Assembly (NCBI RefSeq): GCF_036321535.1 | Contig: NC_087436.1 | Location: 37,822,001 to 37,886,000, forward strand | Reading direction: 5' to 3' | DNA length: 64,000 nt | From: Camelus dromedarius | Lineage: Eukaryota | Shown here: positions 40,396 through 54,950 of the stretch, in pieces | Position numbering within the stretch: position 1 is the first letter of the stretch | How the letters are laid out: each line of letters begins with the position of its first letter | Program-made: the position numbers and the translations under genes | The notes under the pieces: model-generated | Told to the model about the DNA's origin: nothing | Database searches by the model: none | The model's input: only the letters and a program-made list of their open reading frames with translations

Positions 40396-42614
40396 ACCTT
40401 CTTGGCTTCCTCCTCTCACTTTCCTTCAGCTTCATGTTACCCCTCTACACCTGCTCCATGAATAACACTGACTTTTGGGGTGAAATGCCCACTTATTTAT
40501 CCTTTAGCTTTGGCTTTTCTTTTTATAACATCATCATTTTAGATGCAACGACTTCTAGGTTTCTTCTAGTTAAAGAATTTTATGATTCTCCTCTGGCATT
40601 GCATACAAGTCTTTGGTGTCATTGTTCAAAACTGAGAGATTAAGGAAAATTTAATATGTAGGCTTTTTCAGGTATCAGTGTCATCTTCTCATGGTGCTAT
40701 TGCTACTACAGAATCAGTGCTATGCTGAGATGGTTTCAGAGCAAGGATCCAACAACCCACGCTAGATTTTATTTTTTAAGGATTTCTTTTTATTTTTTTG
40801 AGTCACAGCAAATAAATCTTTTTTTTTTTTTTTTTTTCTGCTCAGGAAACTTGGTTTAATATTCATTCACTACAAAATCCTTCTGACTCTCAGGAAACTA
40901 AAGATAAATAAACCTCACTATTTTTTCCTATCGGGCTTTTACTCTGCCATGACAGTTGGAAACAGTCATTAATAACAAAAACACAATCAAAAGAATTTTA
41001 CAGTATGTGTGGTAAAATAATTAATTATTGTGGAATTATAATTCAAGTCTTCCCTTGTAATAAAAAACCAAGGCCTGCACCAGTATACAAGTTTAAATTC
41101 AATAACTAGAATTTGCTTTAGGCACATCAGTAAAAAATTTCCTCCAAAAGCAAATTTGAAAGTAAGGAGAAATGTATGTGGAGTCATTTCTCTTATGTTA
41201 AGATAGTGCAGTATTTTCTAGAATAAGTAAATCAGGTGCATGGTAGAACTTAAATGTCAATATTTTGATCTTCTTACTTGTTTTCTTAAGGCTGGATTTA
41301 AACTCTTGATATAAAGCAGACTTTTAATTTCCCGTTTTTCAAAGACAATATTGAAAGGTCACTTTCTAGCTTTAAAAGTTTTAAGAAATGACTCATTGTA
41401 CCACCACTGTCTTATAGGCTTCAAAATCAAATTTCCGGTCAGTATTGTGCATTTTGATTTGGCAAACATGTATCCTTTTTTATGTGTTCTAAGAGAGATT
41501 ATTATTAAGAGCTTTTTGTTGCTGGTTTCTATGTTTTACATAGATCTTCTGAAAACTCTAACAAATAGATAAAAAGAACATTGCATGCTTTAATGAAATA
41601 TACTGTTTGTGTTAGTTGTAACAAAATCTCTGGGAAAGATTCATAAAAGATCTGGAAAGTTTCTCATTATTAGTCTCAGTTTTATCTTTACAAACTAACT
41701 TTTTTTTTTTTTTTTTTTTTTTTTTACCGTTTCCTAATTAGTAAAGATGCCTACATTCAGAAAGATGAGCATTCTCAAGCTGACAACTTTGTTCCCCAGA
41801 AACATAGCAGCAATCACAAGGGAGCTATGCCAAAGCAAGGGTCATCAGTGAATGAGGCTTGTGTCAGACTAAGTCCAGAAAACATTTCTTTTTTTCTCTA
41901 GTGATGAAAAACTGTGGAAACTTTTGTGCCCAGAGAGACATGGCAGAGTGTTTGACTGAGGAGCCAGTGTGGCTTGAGGGCCAGAGCTGAAAGACTGTGC
42001 GACAAAGGATGGAGCGCCCTGGGGACAGTGCCATGGGCCACCCTCTGGATTGATGTCTGCTTCCAGCTGGGCCCAGTGGACCTGGCCGGGCCTCAGGTTA
42101 GCACTGGTTTAAAGGATTCCAGGAAAACTTACTTAACCCAGATTCTTTGAGGAACAAGAAGTCAATTCTAGGTTTACCACTGATTAACTTGAAAATCTCA
42201 GATTAGCCTCAGAATTGCCTTTTAATCAAGACACTTATCGAACCCCTATTACGTGTTTCAAAGTCATCTAACTTCAAATTCCCCCAAAACAAATTTTGTT
42301 TATTTATTAATTCATATCCCCCTACAGAAAGTTAGATATCTTCAATAGATATCTCAAAACTCAGAGAATAATTAAGGCACTGTTCCTCTCACCCCTGGCA
42401 AAGCTACCCTTCAATTTTTCCAAAAAAATAAAGGGATCATTTATTTACGCTTTAAAATCTCTGTATATGGCTATTACATGATTTTCTTTATAATACCTTT
42501 AAAAAACCTTTCCCTAAACTTTAATAAAGTTCTCCTACTTAGGAAATAAGGAACCATTTGTGTTCCAAAGCTGTCCTCAGTCCCAAAGAAGCAAGAATCA
42601 TTTCCACATTGTGT

Positions 42615-43148
42615 TGTTAAAAACAAGGCAACAGGCCCAAAATAGAGCCGCTTATGCTAAGCCTACATCACCAAACTGAGACTTAATTACAATTTCTGCT
42701 CTCCTAGAAATGGAGTCTTAAGCTAGCCAGTTGGGAGGGGCCTGATCAGCATCAATTAGCTAATGTGCCTACAGACCCTGGCCATTCCCTAAAAGAAAGA
42801 AACCTTGCAATCCACTTTTTTTTGCCCGGTATAACTTACTAGTTCCTGCTCCCTTCTGCCTAGAGAAGTCTTTCCTTCTGTATAGCTCCTCAGAGCTCCC
42901 TTCTATCTGCCAGATTGGATGTTGTCTGAATCACGAATTTTTCGGGGGTGGGGGGAGCGGAGAAGGCAGTAATTAGGTTTACTTATTTATTTATTTTTAG
43001 AGGAGTTACTGGGGATTGAACCCAGGATGTTACACATGCTGAGCATACTCTCTACCACTTGAGCTATATACCCTCCCCTCTCGAATCATGAATTGTTGAA
43101 TGAAGCCAGTAATATCTTCAAATTTCTTCAGTTGAATTTTTTTTTTAA
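42615..43148 (+). mobile_element. Solo LTR (ERV1, MER34-like) interrupted by a SINE
   Basis: Begins TGTTAAAAAC; 4-bp TSD GTGT (42611-42614 / 43149-43152); typical LTR text cctgctcccttctgcc..agctcctcagagctccc..gattggatg; terminal CA is missing. Confidence 0.75.
42940..43082 (-). mobile_element. Vic-1-like SINE
   Basis: actggggattgaacccagg..catgctgagcatactctctaccacttgagctatataccctcccc; TSD gaatca(c/t)gaatt at 42928-42939 / 43083-43094. Confidence 0.92.
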
Positions 43149-43959
43149 GTGTGGCATTTAATTTTATCAAAATAAAAATAACTAGTACTAGTTTATAAGA
43201 AACATCAAATGTTTACTGGGACATCATATAGTTGCTAAGAAATGAACTCAAAGTAGAAAATTATCAAGAGTTATCAAAAGAAATGACTCCCATTTCCTCT
43301 AGAAGGAAGAAACATCCTTTTAAAGTTCCTTTTGAGGGCCACTGCAACACCTACGAACTTAATTAACAACTCTAAAAGACTTCCGGCGTTATTGCATTGT
43401 CATGACACCAGATTCCACTGTTTGGGCATTCCCTCTCATCTCAACCTTGCCCTCCCCCCCCCAACTCCCCCCAAATCCACTGCTGTACGTCTGAAAAATC
43501 TGTAAATCTGTAATTGGTCTGGTGACTTTTAAAGCAAGAGAGGCCTCAGGAATAGCTTATTTTTGGAAGTGTAAGAATTTCCCAAGGATTAGGACACCAT
43601 AATAAAACTAGTTGCTATTGTATTAAAATATTACTTCAGTTGTTCACGACAAAGTTTGAGTTAACTTGAAATGCATTATTTGCCGGCTGTGTACACCCTC
43701 CTTTCTCTGAACATTAATCAGCATAATTATTGGTCCCCAATGAAACAAGCATGAAAAAAAAAATCGAAAGATGCATAACTTAGTTGTGAAAAGGACCAAA
43801 ATTTCCTAGACCTCAGGGATTGTTCTCAGTAGTTAGGCAGTAAGTTTGCTTTCAGCCCAGAACTTGTAAAGTTGTTTTGGGGAACGGCCCCAGCTCGGTC
43901 AAGGCCCATTTCGTTTTGCATCTGAAGAGTGTAAAATTCCCCGACTGGGAGTAATAGCC

Positions 43960-45010
<1,051 letters not shown>

Positions 45011-45384
45011 CGCAGCTCAGGCCTTAGAAGCTCATTCAGACCCCCAGCAGTTCTTTCCCTCCGTCCAAAATGTATTCTGTGAATTCTGCGAGATGCCAGC
45101 TAGATATTATTTGCATCTCCAAACTTTTTTTTTCTCAGCTTTGTTGGATTTTTCTCTGTCATTCCTTACAGAAATTTAGAGGCATGTGCGTAGGACAAGC
45201 CCTTGTCACTGGCCATCTGGGAATGGCCTGGAAGTGTTGGATGTTGAAAGCGAAGGCCTAGGAGGAGAGATTACTGGAAAATTCCAGATCTTTGGGTTTG
45301 ATGAGACGTGAGTTACAGCCCTTTGGCAGGAGATGTAAAATCTGAAACCACGGAGGCGGAGTGAAGTGCCCCGGGTAGTGAGAG

Positions 45385-45590
45385 CCTGCGTTTACTGAGC
45401 AGATACTTGGTGCTAGGGCCCAGACTTGGTGCTTTACCGCTGTCAGTAACTTCATTGGCACAGCACTGCCCTGAGAACAGTATTAATCCTCCTGCAGGAG
45501 AGAAGAAGGCAGTACTTCGAGGTTAAATTTCCTGCCAAGTTAATGAGTTAGGCTTCAAACCCATCGCTTCCTACTCCAAAGCCCTTGTTC
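45385..45590 (-). mobile_element. MIR (intronic)
   Basis: gcgtttactgagcagatacttggtgctagggcc..gaggttaaatttcctgccaag..ttcaaacccat..ctactccaaagccc. Confidence 0.55.
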
Positions 45591-48019
45591 TTTCCAGATC
45601 TATCTATATCGGCCAGCTTCCCAGCACTCCCTCACTCCCAATTTGTTAGCAGATATTTTGAAAAATGGAGGTTGGGGCAAGAGGAGGCTTGTTCAGTTAA
45701 GGTGTGCTGGCAAGAGGTTCACAAGATGCACCCAGAGACACTAGGATGTCTTTCCTCTGAGCATGACTCTTCCCCCACCCCCTCACCCGAAGAGCCGGTG
45801 AGGAAAGGAGGCCAAGTGCTTCAGAAGGCCTTCACTGACAGCATGGCCTGTAAGCATCTCGCCGCATAAAACTGGAAAAAAATAAACCCCGTATTTACTC
45901 TTTCAGTTGCGAGTTTGGGAGAAAGCTCAAAGGTGAAAAACAGGAGTTAACACTTGATCTGAATTAGAGGTGTACTGAATAGGTGTTCTTGCCAAATGGA
46001 TAAATGTTAAAATCAACATTCTTTCAAAGCAGAAGTTGCAGTTCTGCTTTGAGTTCTTTCTCACAAGGTATGAAAATTCCCAGGTGGATTTTTCGCCAAG
46101 GTCTCAGGACTAAATGTAATTAGTTAAAAATTAAACAGTTCTTAAATGTTATTTTATTTAATGTTATTCATAGTAATATACTAAAAATTGTACAAATATT
46201 AGAATTATTAAATACTCCTTATTTTGCCTTATATTATTATTTAGGTTTTTAGAAACAGTTGGCCAATGTACATTCTTTTGATATTTTTATTATTTCCAAA
46301 TTATTTTCCCGTGAATTCAGTTATTTGGAAGCTCTTAATTATTTTGGGGCATAGAATGAGCAGCTTCCAAAATCATGTATTACTACATTTTATTATCACA
46401 GTACTAAAGAGATACTTATCTTTTCCTGGCTCATGTAACTTCAACCTGTAAAACACATGGAGATTTTCATCCAGGTCACATCTAGAATGCTTACCTATAT
46501 TTCAAGTGAATCTGTAGATGTTTGCAATAAATTTAAATGATATACTATTAGTAACATAGTTGTGATCACAAGATACTCAATCATAAGGTCATTGATCATG
46601 GGCAGGTTCACTGATGCCAGAAATGACCTTGAAGTAGGCTCCTTTGCCTTCCAGAAGCTGAAGACAGAGCTGAAGCTGAATAGCAGATTTTAGCTGTACT
46701 GTAAGGCTGAAGCTGACTGTATTTTTATTTATTTTATTTTTAAATTTATTTTATTTTATTTATTATTTATATTTATTTTATTTATGATATTTTTAATGCA
46801 GCCCTTACCTGTTTGCATATAGTTTCTCAATGCTCAAATATTTTTCAAGTTACCTTGTATTAGGTTTAACTCTGGCTATTAATCAAAGGATCTGAGAATA
46901 GAAAGTATTTCAGTAGCTCTATTAAGGACCTTACTTAAAAGTTTTTATGTTCTCTATTCTAAACAAATTTTGGAATCTATCACTTTAGATATATATGTTG
47001 GAAATTACAGATATTGTAGCACAGTTTTATAACACATATACTTGTATGACAATTTTGTTTTAAGAAATCATTGCAATTCAAGTCATCGGTTGATTTCAAT
47101 TCAGAGAATCTAATTCAGACCTCTCCTGAGGCTGCAGGGATCTTGCTAGACCCTCTGCACTCACCAGATTGATGTGGGATTCCCTTACCCCTGGGAATCC
47201 TTTTAGACCTACCCCTTTTTATGTGTTGTTTCCTAGAGTAGGGTCCCTGATGCAGAGTCACCTAATTCCCTGGCTCCACCGTAGTCTTGCTAGGTTTTTC
47301 CTTGGCATATTCTTTTTTGTAGGCCTGCTGCTGCTGGTGGTTCTTCTTCCTCTTTTTTCCTTGTTTTGCTATAAAATTTTATAAAATGACAAGAAGAAGA
47401 AATGGAAAGGACTCCTTTTCCTTTTCTTGTCATGATGGAAATTAGAGACTACATGAAGAGAGGATCATCTGGTAGATATTTCTGTGTGAGCCATTGTTCT
47501 TGGAGAAAGAATGGATGAGAGCTGTTGGAAAGCCCTTGGGTAAGAAAAGGATGCCTGAGTTCATTCTCACTCATACACCTCGCAATTTGCTAAGGACAAG
47601 AATAATAAAAAAAAATAATAAAATGAATGCTTTGGGATGCCACATGTCAGACCCTGTGCTAAGTATGCTATCTCATGAGCACGGTTTACTGTTGTAAAAA
47701 AGATGTGGAATTCTAGATTACTAAGTAGATTAAAATTAATATTGGTTCCTCAAAGCTGATACAGTAAGTATACATACAATAAAAAGTAAACACCTCACTA
47801 TGTTACATTTTTTTATATCATGACCATATTTTCCATTTCTCGCTTATATGATTAATCAGTGGTGATGTATTTGACATTATGTCTGAACTCCAAAAGTGGA
47901 AAGGTAAACCACAGGTTTTCTTCAAGCTCTGGGATTCTGTGATTTGATGGGAAATATACTGCTACCAGTCTCATTTCCTTGAGGTTTGTTGTAGGCTGTT
48001 GGTTTTTCTTTCCCTCTGA

Positions 48020-48560
48020 CTTTCAGTCATTTAATCATTCATACGTGTGAGGCACTGTGCTAGGCTTTGGGGATATACGGGTGGACAAAACAGACGAGGT
48101 CTTTGTCCACGTAGAGCTTGTTTTCTTGTGTGGGGAGACAGGCAGTAAACAGGTAAAAAAAAGGGAAAATTCTCAAGATAATTACGTCATGTGTTAAGTG
48201 AAAGAAGTAAACTGAGGTGATGCGTCAAAGAGTGAATGGAAGTGAGGCCCCCTGCTTTGGGTGTGCTGGCAGGGAAGACCTCATGGAGGAGGTGACATCT
48301 GTATGAGACCTGCGGGAGCAGAACCAGCCAGGAGAATATCAAGGGAAGAGGTTCAGTGAGCTTGACTGAGGCAGTCGTACTGAGGACAGAGGAAATTGTT
48401 TGGATTCAAGGTATAGTTTGAGGTAGAAACACCCGAATCTTCCACTGGATTGATTGAGATCCATTGAAGGAGAAGAATGTATGATGATTCAGTTTTTAGC
48501 TTAACTAGTTGGGTAGATCTTGGTACAGTTTGCTTACATGTGAAGTCTACCAGATTGGAA
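48020..48560 (-). mobile_element. L2 fragment
   Basis: cagtcatttaatcattc..ggcactgtgctaggctttggggatatacgggtggacaaaacagac..ggaagacctcatggaggaggtgacatctg. Confidence 0.75.
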
Positions 48561-49768
48561 ACCAGTACATTCAGCTATACCATACGTTGGTGAAAGCACA
48601 TTGAAAGCAGCCAACATTTACTAAGCATTTAATACAAATAGGACAGTGCACTAAACAGTATTGACAGAAAGTTTCTTTTACTGTATTCTGGGACTTACAG
48701 CATTGGGAAAAAGGAAATAACGGTACAAAGGTTAAAAAATACATTTTTAATATATTAAATGTCCAAAATTGCATTGTATAGATGGATTGATTTTGCCAGG
48801 CGCTGAGGGGGCTCGGGTCTCCTTAGCTTGATATACACCATGACACAGATTTCAGTGAGTCTGACCAGATTTTTGTGCTCTTAATCAGTTTGGTTGGAGT
48901 TGAACGGTGTGTAGCTAGAATTGTAGGAAATAAAATTGAAGCAGTCCTTTAAGGGCTAGACCACGTAACACACCTTATTTCAAACCAAGGAAGTTGTTTA
49001 AACATTTCCAGTGAAGCACCACCTTTTACAGCGGAGCCTGTGGGCAACCTGGGGCCGTCACACACAATCACGCATTTTGAAATCTGCGTTTTCTGTTTAC
49101 TACGCATTTGCATTGTTACCTCATTTTATTGTGCAACAGTCGTCAAAAGTTTACTATTTTCCCCAATTTACAGATTACACACTTGCTCAGTGATTACTTC
49201 TTGTCAAAATTGTCCTTACATTGACTTTAAATTTTTTCCCTTTTCCAATTTTTTCTTCATTAGTGGGCTAACACCTTACCTGATCATCTGACATTAGTCA
49301 TTTTCCTTTATATATAGAAGCCCTATAACTTGCATACTCTCAGCATAGCTGAGCTGAGTTTGTATTTTTAAAAAGAACTAGAGACTGAAAGGAAAGCTGA
49401 AGACAAGCAAAAACAGAAATAACTAAATATAAATGAAATAAATATTATACCTTTCCCAGATTTCCGGTCCCCTCTTTGCAGTAGAAGCAGTTAAGAGCAC
49501 TGATGAGGCTCAGGTCTCCTTAGCTTGACCCACACCAGCTACAGTGAATTGGCCTCTCGGGGGTAGCTCTGTTCCTGGCTTCCTTCCCTCTTGTCCCTAT
49601 GCTTTTTGCCTAAGGTCTCCTGAGTGGCAGCCTGTGCCCATGAAGCCTAGGGCAGTCTCCTACCACACTTTGCCCTTCTCATGAGCAAGTGCAGGTTCCT
49701 AGTTCAAACTTGCCTAGGATCTTACCCACAGCTGCGTTTCAGGGAAGAACTTCTTGGCAGCACTGGGG

Positions 49769-50237
49769 TGTTAGTGTCCTGTTACTGCTGTAGCAAATTG
49801 CCACACATTTAGTGCCTTAAAACAATGCAAATTTGTTATCTTACAGTTCTGGAGGGTATAAATCTAAAATGAGTGGGCAGAGTTGATTCCTTTTGGAGAG
49901 AATTTACTTCCTTGCCTTTTGTAGTTTTCGAGAGGCTGCCCACATTCCTTGGCTCATGGCCCCACATCCTTCTGACCTCTGCTTTTGTCATTACATCTGT
50001 GACTCTGATCATCTGATATTAGTTATTTTCCCTCTGACCCTGACCCTCCTGCTTCCTGTTATAAGGACCCTCGTGATTAGATTGGGCCCACCCAGATAAT
50101 CCAGGACAATCTCCCCATCTCAGGATCCGTAATGTAATCACACCTGCAAAGTCCCTTTTAACCATGGAAAGTAACATATTCACAGATTTGAGGGGTGAGG
50201 ATGTAAACATTTCAGTGGGTCATAATACATCCTACCA
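49769..50237 (-). mobile_element. MLT1 (MLT1C/D-like) MaLR solo LTR
   Basis: tcttacagttctggagg..cacattccttggctcatggcccc..ttataaggaccctcgtgattagattgggcccacccagataatccaggacaatctccccatctcagg..aacatattcacag. Confidence 0.9.
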
Positions 50238-51759
50238 TGGCTCCAAAGTATAATTTTTCCTTGCCTACATTACATAGAACATTTTACAATGAATCTTTCT
50301 CACAATTGGTCCCAGTACAATATGCCCATTACAAATCTACCAGATTGATGACTGTTCTGCCTTGTTTTCAGGGTTGATTCTAGCAGAGGCCAACAAGGTT
50401 GGCCTTCATGCAGTAAAACCTGGAAGAGAAGGTATATCCGTGAGAAGGAGAATGGGAAAGACTAGGTTCTGATCGTGGTCTAAATGATGGTGTTTAACAG
50501 AACTTCAGAGGGAATCCAATTTGCACATTCTCACAGATAAAGACTGAAGCTGGAGAAGCTTTGCACAGAGTCCTACAGCTCATAGCTGCATCTCAGGCTC
50601 CTCTTCCGTCTGCAGTACCAACGCCCTCTCCTTCCCACCAAGGCAGGCATCTTCATTCTCTTTGAGGGATTTGTAGCAAAGACATTTGGTGAGGTAAAAG
50701 CCCAAGTGAAAAAAACCTGAAAGAAAGGTTTAAATTTGAGTTTGTGAAAATACAATAAACAAAAAACAAAAAACAAAACAAAAAAAAAGGTGGGGAGGCA
50801 AGTTGCATAGGGTTAGAAAAACATGTGGGAAAGAGGAAACCCAAAAAGAAAGGAAAGTAAAAACACAGGAAAAATCATCATGCATTAATGTTAATACAAG
50901 AAGACTAGATTTTTGGAAGTTGTTTTGCTGATCAGCTTTAAAGGTGACTCTGGTGAAGGAACAATGGACCTTTATGCTAGGACAAAAATTCTGCCAGTGG
51001 ATATTTGCTTGTAGTTCTCGGTGGTTGATGATAACTAATCTGGAAACATAGTCAGAGGGAAGGTAATTGCCATCACGCCTGCCATATGTGCTGTCTCTTC
51101 TCTGTGTTCACACATTTGCACTCTGAGAGCGACTCAGTGCGGCTTTGTGTTTCCTGGTGTTGTCACAGCTTCGTATTTTGGCTTTTTGGTGATTCTAACA
51201 GATACAGTTAATTCTTTCAATGAATATTTATTGAGTAACTGCAGTTGTTAGGCACTGGGCTAGTTGCTAGTTACAGAAGGGTGAGTGACAGTCACTGGAT
51301 GCGTTACACAGTTATTATTTAAGCCCTACAACAAGCCTTCAAGGTGGCCATTGTTACCCTTGTCTTATATATGAGGAAACTGATTGTGAGGAAGGTTATA
51401 TACCCAACAAAGGGATTAATTTGAACTCAGATAATTCCATACATCCTTTTCACTAAAAAAAGACCAAAAATTATTTTTCTTCATACTGATAAAATACTGG
51501 ATCTGTGCTCATTTCCACAAGGACAGACATACACTTACTCATACAGTTTTGACAAGTTATTTTACAAAAAATGAGAAAAGAGTAAACTCATTTTCTCACC
51601 TAGCACTTTTCATTCAACAGTATCTGGTAGAAATCCTTCTAAGTAATCTGCTTTGGCTCTAATTTGTTACTTTTAATAACTGAACAAATTCTACATGGAG
51701 AGTGTGCCATAATTTTCATTTCTTTAGGTCTTGTTTTACACAGTTGTATTATCAAGATC

Positions 51760-52720
51760 TGTATTAGCCATTTGGAATACAATAGTGAACAAAACAGAAA
51801 TTCTGGCTTTTGTGGAAGTTGCATTCTAGTGAGAGGAGACAGAAGATTAATAGTGAACCATGAGATGTTTTATACTATGTTAAAAGGTGACAAGTGCTAT
51901 AGAAACAAGGAAAAGTAGAGCTGGGTATTGTTGACTTGGCAGATTCTATAGGTATGTATGGGGGGATGTTATTCTAAATAGGTGGTCCAGTGAATCCTCA
52001 CTAAACAGGAAATTTGGGCAATGGCTTAAAGGATGGGAGGAAAGTAGCCAGAGATTTCTAGGGGGAGAGTAATCTAGGCAGCAGTTAGAGCAAAGGCCCT
52101 GCGATGGGAGTTGGCCTGTTGTGTTCCAGGAACAAGGAGATCAGTGAGGCTGGAATGGACTTGGCGAGGGGGCCAAGTACTAGGGGAAGAGCTCAGAGAG
52201 AGAGTGAAGGGAAAGGCACTAGGCCTGCATCTCTTGGGGCCTTTTAGGCCATTGTAGAGCCATTGGTGATACTTTGAGTGAAATGGGGAACCACTGCAGG
52301 GTCTTGAGCAGAAGGGTGACATGATCTGACTTGACTTTATGAAGATCAGTCTGACTGCTGTGTTGAGAACAGGTGACCACAGGGTAAGCGTGTGACCTGG
52401 GAGGCTTGTTAGGGTGCTTTCACAGAAGTCCATGTGAGAGGTGACGGTGGCTTAGACCAAGATGGTGGCAAGCTTGGAAGTGTAGTTTGAACACAGAATA
52501 TGGTGATGAGATAAGTGGAAGAAAGGGAAGGATCAAGGATGATTCCAAGGATTTTAGCCTGAGAAATTGGGAGGATTGAATTGTCAGCCAACAGCTAAGA
52601 GGGGGAAGATTGTGGTTGCAGCAGGTTTGAAGGGGAAAGATCAGGAGTCGGGTTTAAGGCATGTTGATTTTGAGATGTCTGTTAGACAACAGGGTGAGGG
52701 GTCAAAAAGGCAGTGAGATA
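51760..52720 (-). mobile_element. L2a-like LINE, ~1 kb
   Basis: caaaggccctgcgatgggag..gtgaggctggaatgga..tactttgagtgaaatggggaaccactgcagggtcttgagcagaag..atcaaggatgattccaagg..gattttgagatgtctgttagac. Confidence 0.85.
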
Positions 52721-52739
52721 CAGTTGTTAGACCTGCAAC

Positions 52740-54950
52740 GCCTCCTTCCCATCCTTTATTTTCATCTGTTTGATGTTATAAAGCTTCCAGTACATTTTTA
52801 CTATTTTTTCCTTAGAACTTCAATTAGTTATCTTTTAAAGCAATTAAAAAATAAGACAAACTATGTTACTTGCCTTTATTATTAACCATTTCTGGAACTC
52901 TTTATTTCTTTGTTTTGAACTAAGTTTCTTTCTGGTATCACATTCCTCATGCCTAAGCAGTGTTCTTTGAACATTTTTTGTATTGCAAGTCTGTGGGCGG
53001 TGAATTTACTCAGCTTTTGTTTGTCTGAGAAAAGTATTTTACTTTTATGTTTGAAATTTATGTTCTCCAAGCTGATGGGTTTTTTTTTCCCCCATTACAT
53101 TAAAGCTATCGCTTACTTATGGATTTTTGTTTTCTTGTTGTTGTTTGTTTTTTGGCTTAAACAGTTTCTGACAAGAAGTCTGCTGTAAATCTTATGTTCT
53201 ATATGTAACCTGTCCCTCTACTTTCAAGTTTATTCTAGGTTTTTTTGAATGTTAGCAGTTTGAATATGATGTGTTTAAATTTTTTTTTTAAAATCTTGCT
53301 TCTTCATATGTGGTTTGATGTCTTTTTATCGTTTTTGGAGAATTCTTAGCATTACCTCTTCAAATATTACTTTTGACATAAACTTTCTCTCCTCCTCTGG
53401 GACTTCAGTTACCTGTATGTCAGGCCAATTGATGTGATATTGTCCCACAGTGATTATATTTTTTGTTCTGTTTTTTCCCCCCTTTTTCTTCATTTTATGT
53501 TTCAGTGTAGATAATTTCTATTGCTTTGTCTTCAAGTTTACTTCTTCTTTTCTTAGCTGTGTTGGGTTTTCAGTGTCAAAGGAATTCATCTTTGAAACCT
53601 TTTTTTTTTTTTCTAGCATTTCCACTGGATTCTCTGTAACAGTTTCCATGTCTCAGCAGAAGTCTCCCCTATCCTCTTTCATGTCATCTGCCTTTTCTTG
53701 TAGGTTCTTTAACAAATTAATCATAACTTTTGTTGAAGTCCCTGTGTCATCTCTGTGTCTGGTTTTGTTGATTGCTCTGTTTCTTTGCAATGGACTAATT
53801 TTCCCCGTGCTTCCTTGCTTGTTTGTATTTTTGTATGTCTTGTAATTTTGATTGAATGCCAATGTCATCTGTGGAATAACTGAGTGCAGTAAGCAGAATT
53901 TATGCTTGGGAATATGCACATGTTTTATTTTGCTCGGCTGTTAGTGTGGGAGTTTGGATCATTCTAGTTAGGAGGCTGAAGTGGGTTTGCATTATGTTGT
54001 TCTTGTTATTTTCAGTGCACCACAGGCCTCAGGTTCTAGAGTTCCCTTGTGATTAGGGTGGTGGCTGGGGTGCTCCAGGCTTTTCTCAGTGTTTATACTC
54101 TACACTCAGCTTTCTTCTGTCCCTGAATGCCCGCTCTGGAGAGGGGTTCTCTCACCTTGCTGGCATGCTCTTGCCCTTCCCCTGTAGTAGACTGCTGGGT
54201 TGTTATTTGAGGCTCTCTGTTCTCTGTCTTGGTCCAGCTTCATTCTTATCTAGGGTGTATCAGCCTGAGCTCTGGGAGTTGGGTTTCTATAGCATCCCTA
54301 CCTCTCTTTCTCATAGGGGACAAACATTTGTCTTGTATTAGTGGTTGGTGTTCTGTGGAAGAGCGTTTCCTATCCCTTATCCAATGGTAGGAGCCTTTTG
54401 AGGGCTGTGGTGTAAGTCCCTGAGTCTGCACTGCTTCCTGCCCTTCCTTCAGCAGCAGTGGATCTTTATCTGCATCCTGGACGTGACAGAGTTTGCTGCG
54501 TTTCTTGTGGTAGCTTAAGGCTTCTCCTTATATGAGAGAAAAGTCCGGGCAGGAGATGTGGGGTGCTGTGCATTCATGCAGAGCTGCTCTTCTCCTTCTG
54601 CGTGCCTGCGCCACTGCAGGAGGTGCTCTCTCCTCCTTTCTGTGCCCCAGTCTTCCTTATATGGGGAGGGCCTTGGAAAAGAATCTGCCACTGTGTGTGA
54701 ACTCCCTTGGGTCTGGGGCTTCCAGCAGTCTGTACAGTCAAGCTGCCTCACATGCCTTCTTTAGCAAAGCATTAAAATGTTAGCTGATTTCTCACTTGGT
54801 TGAATGGTGGCCAGCAGCTCTTCCTTCTGTGATCTGCCTTAGGTAAGCTAGTGCTCTCCTCAAGAAAAGTTATGATTTTATAGTTTATTAGCCTTTCTTA
54901 TTATTAGGGTAGGAGTGATAGTCTTTCTAAATCCTTGATAGATATTGAAC
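52740..54950 (-). mobile_element. Old L1 (L1M4-like) ORF1 and 5' UTR remnant
   Basis: Minus ORF 52882-53070 (FKHKSKILFSDKQKLSKFTAHRLAIQKMFKE) resembles the L1 ORF1p C-terminus; ORF 53653-53919 resembles the ORF1p N-terminal region; a GC-richer 5' UTR follows. Confidence 0.8.

Noticed and set aside
1..43900. Exons of a neighbouring gene (e.g. NDNF, upstream in human synteny as I recall)
   Set aside because: No ORF or exon with recognisable protein similarity in this interval.
53450..53845. 131-aa hydrophobic ORF resembling a membrane protein
   Set aside because: Antisense reading of A-rich L1 ORF1 sequence, giving Phe/Leu-rich artefacts.
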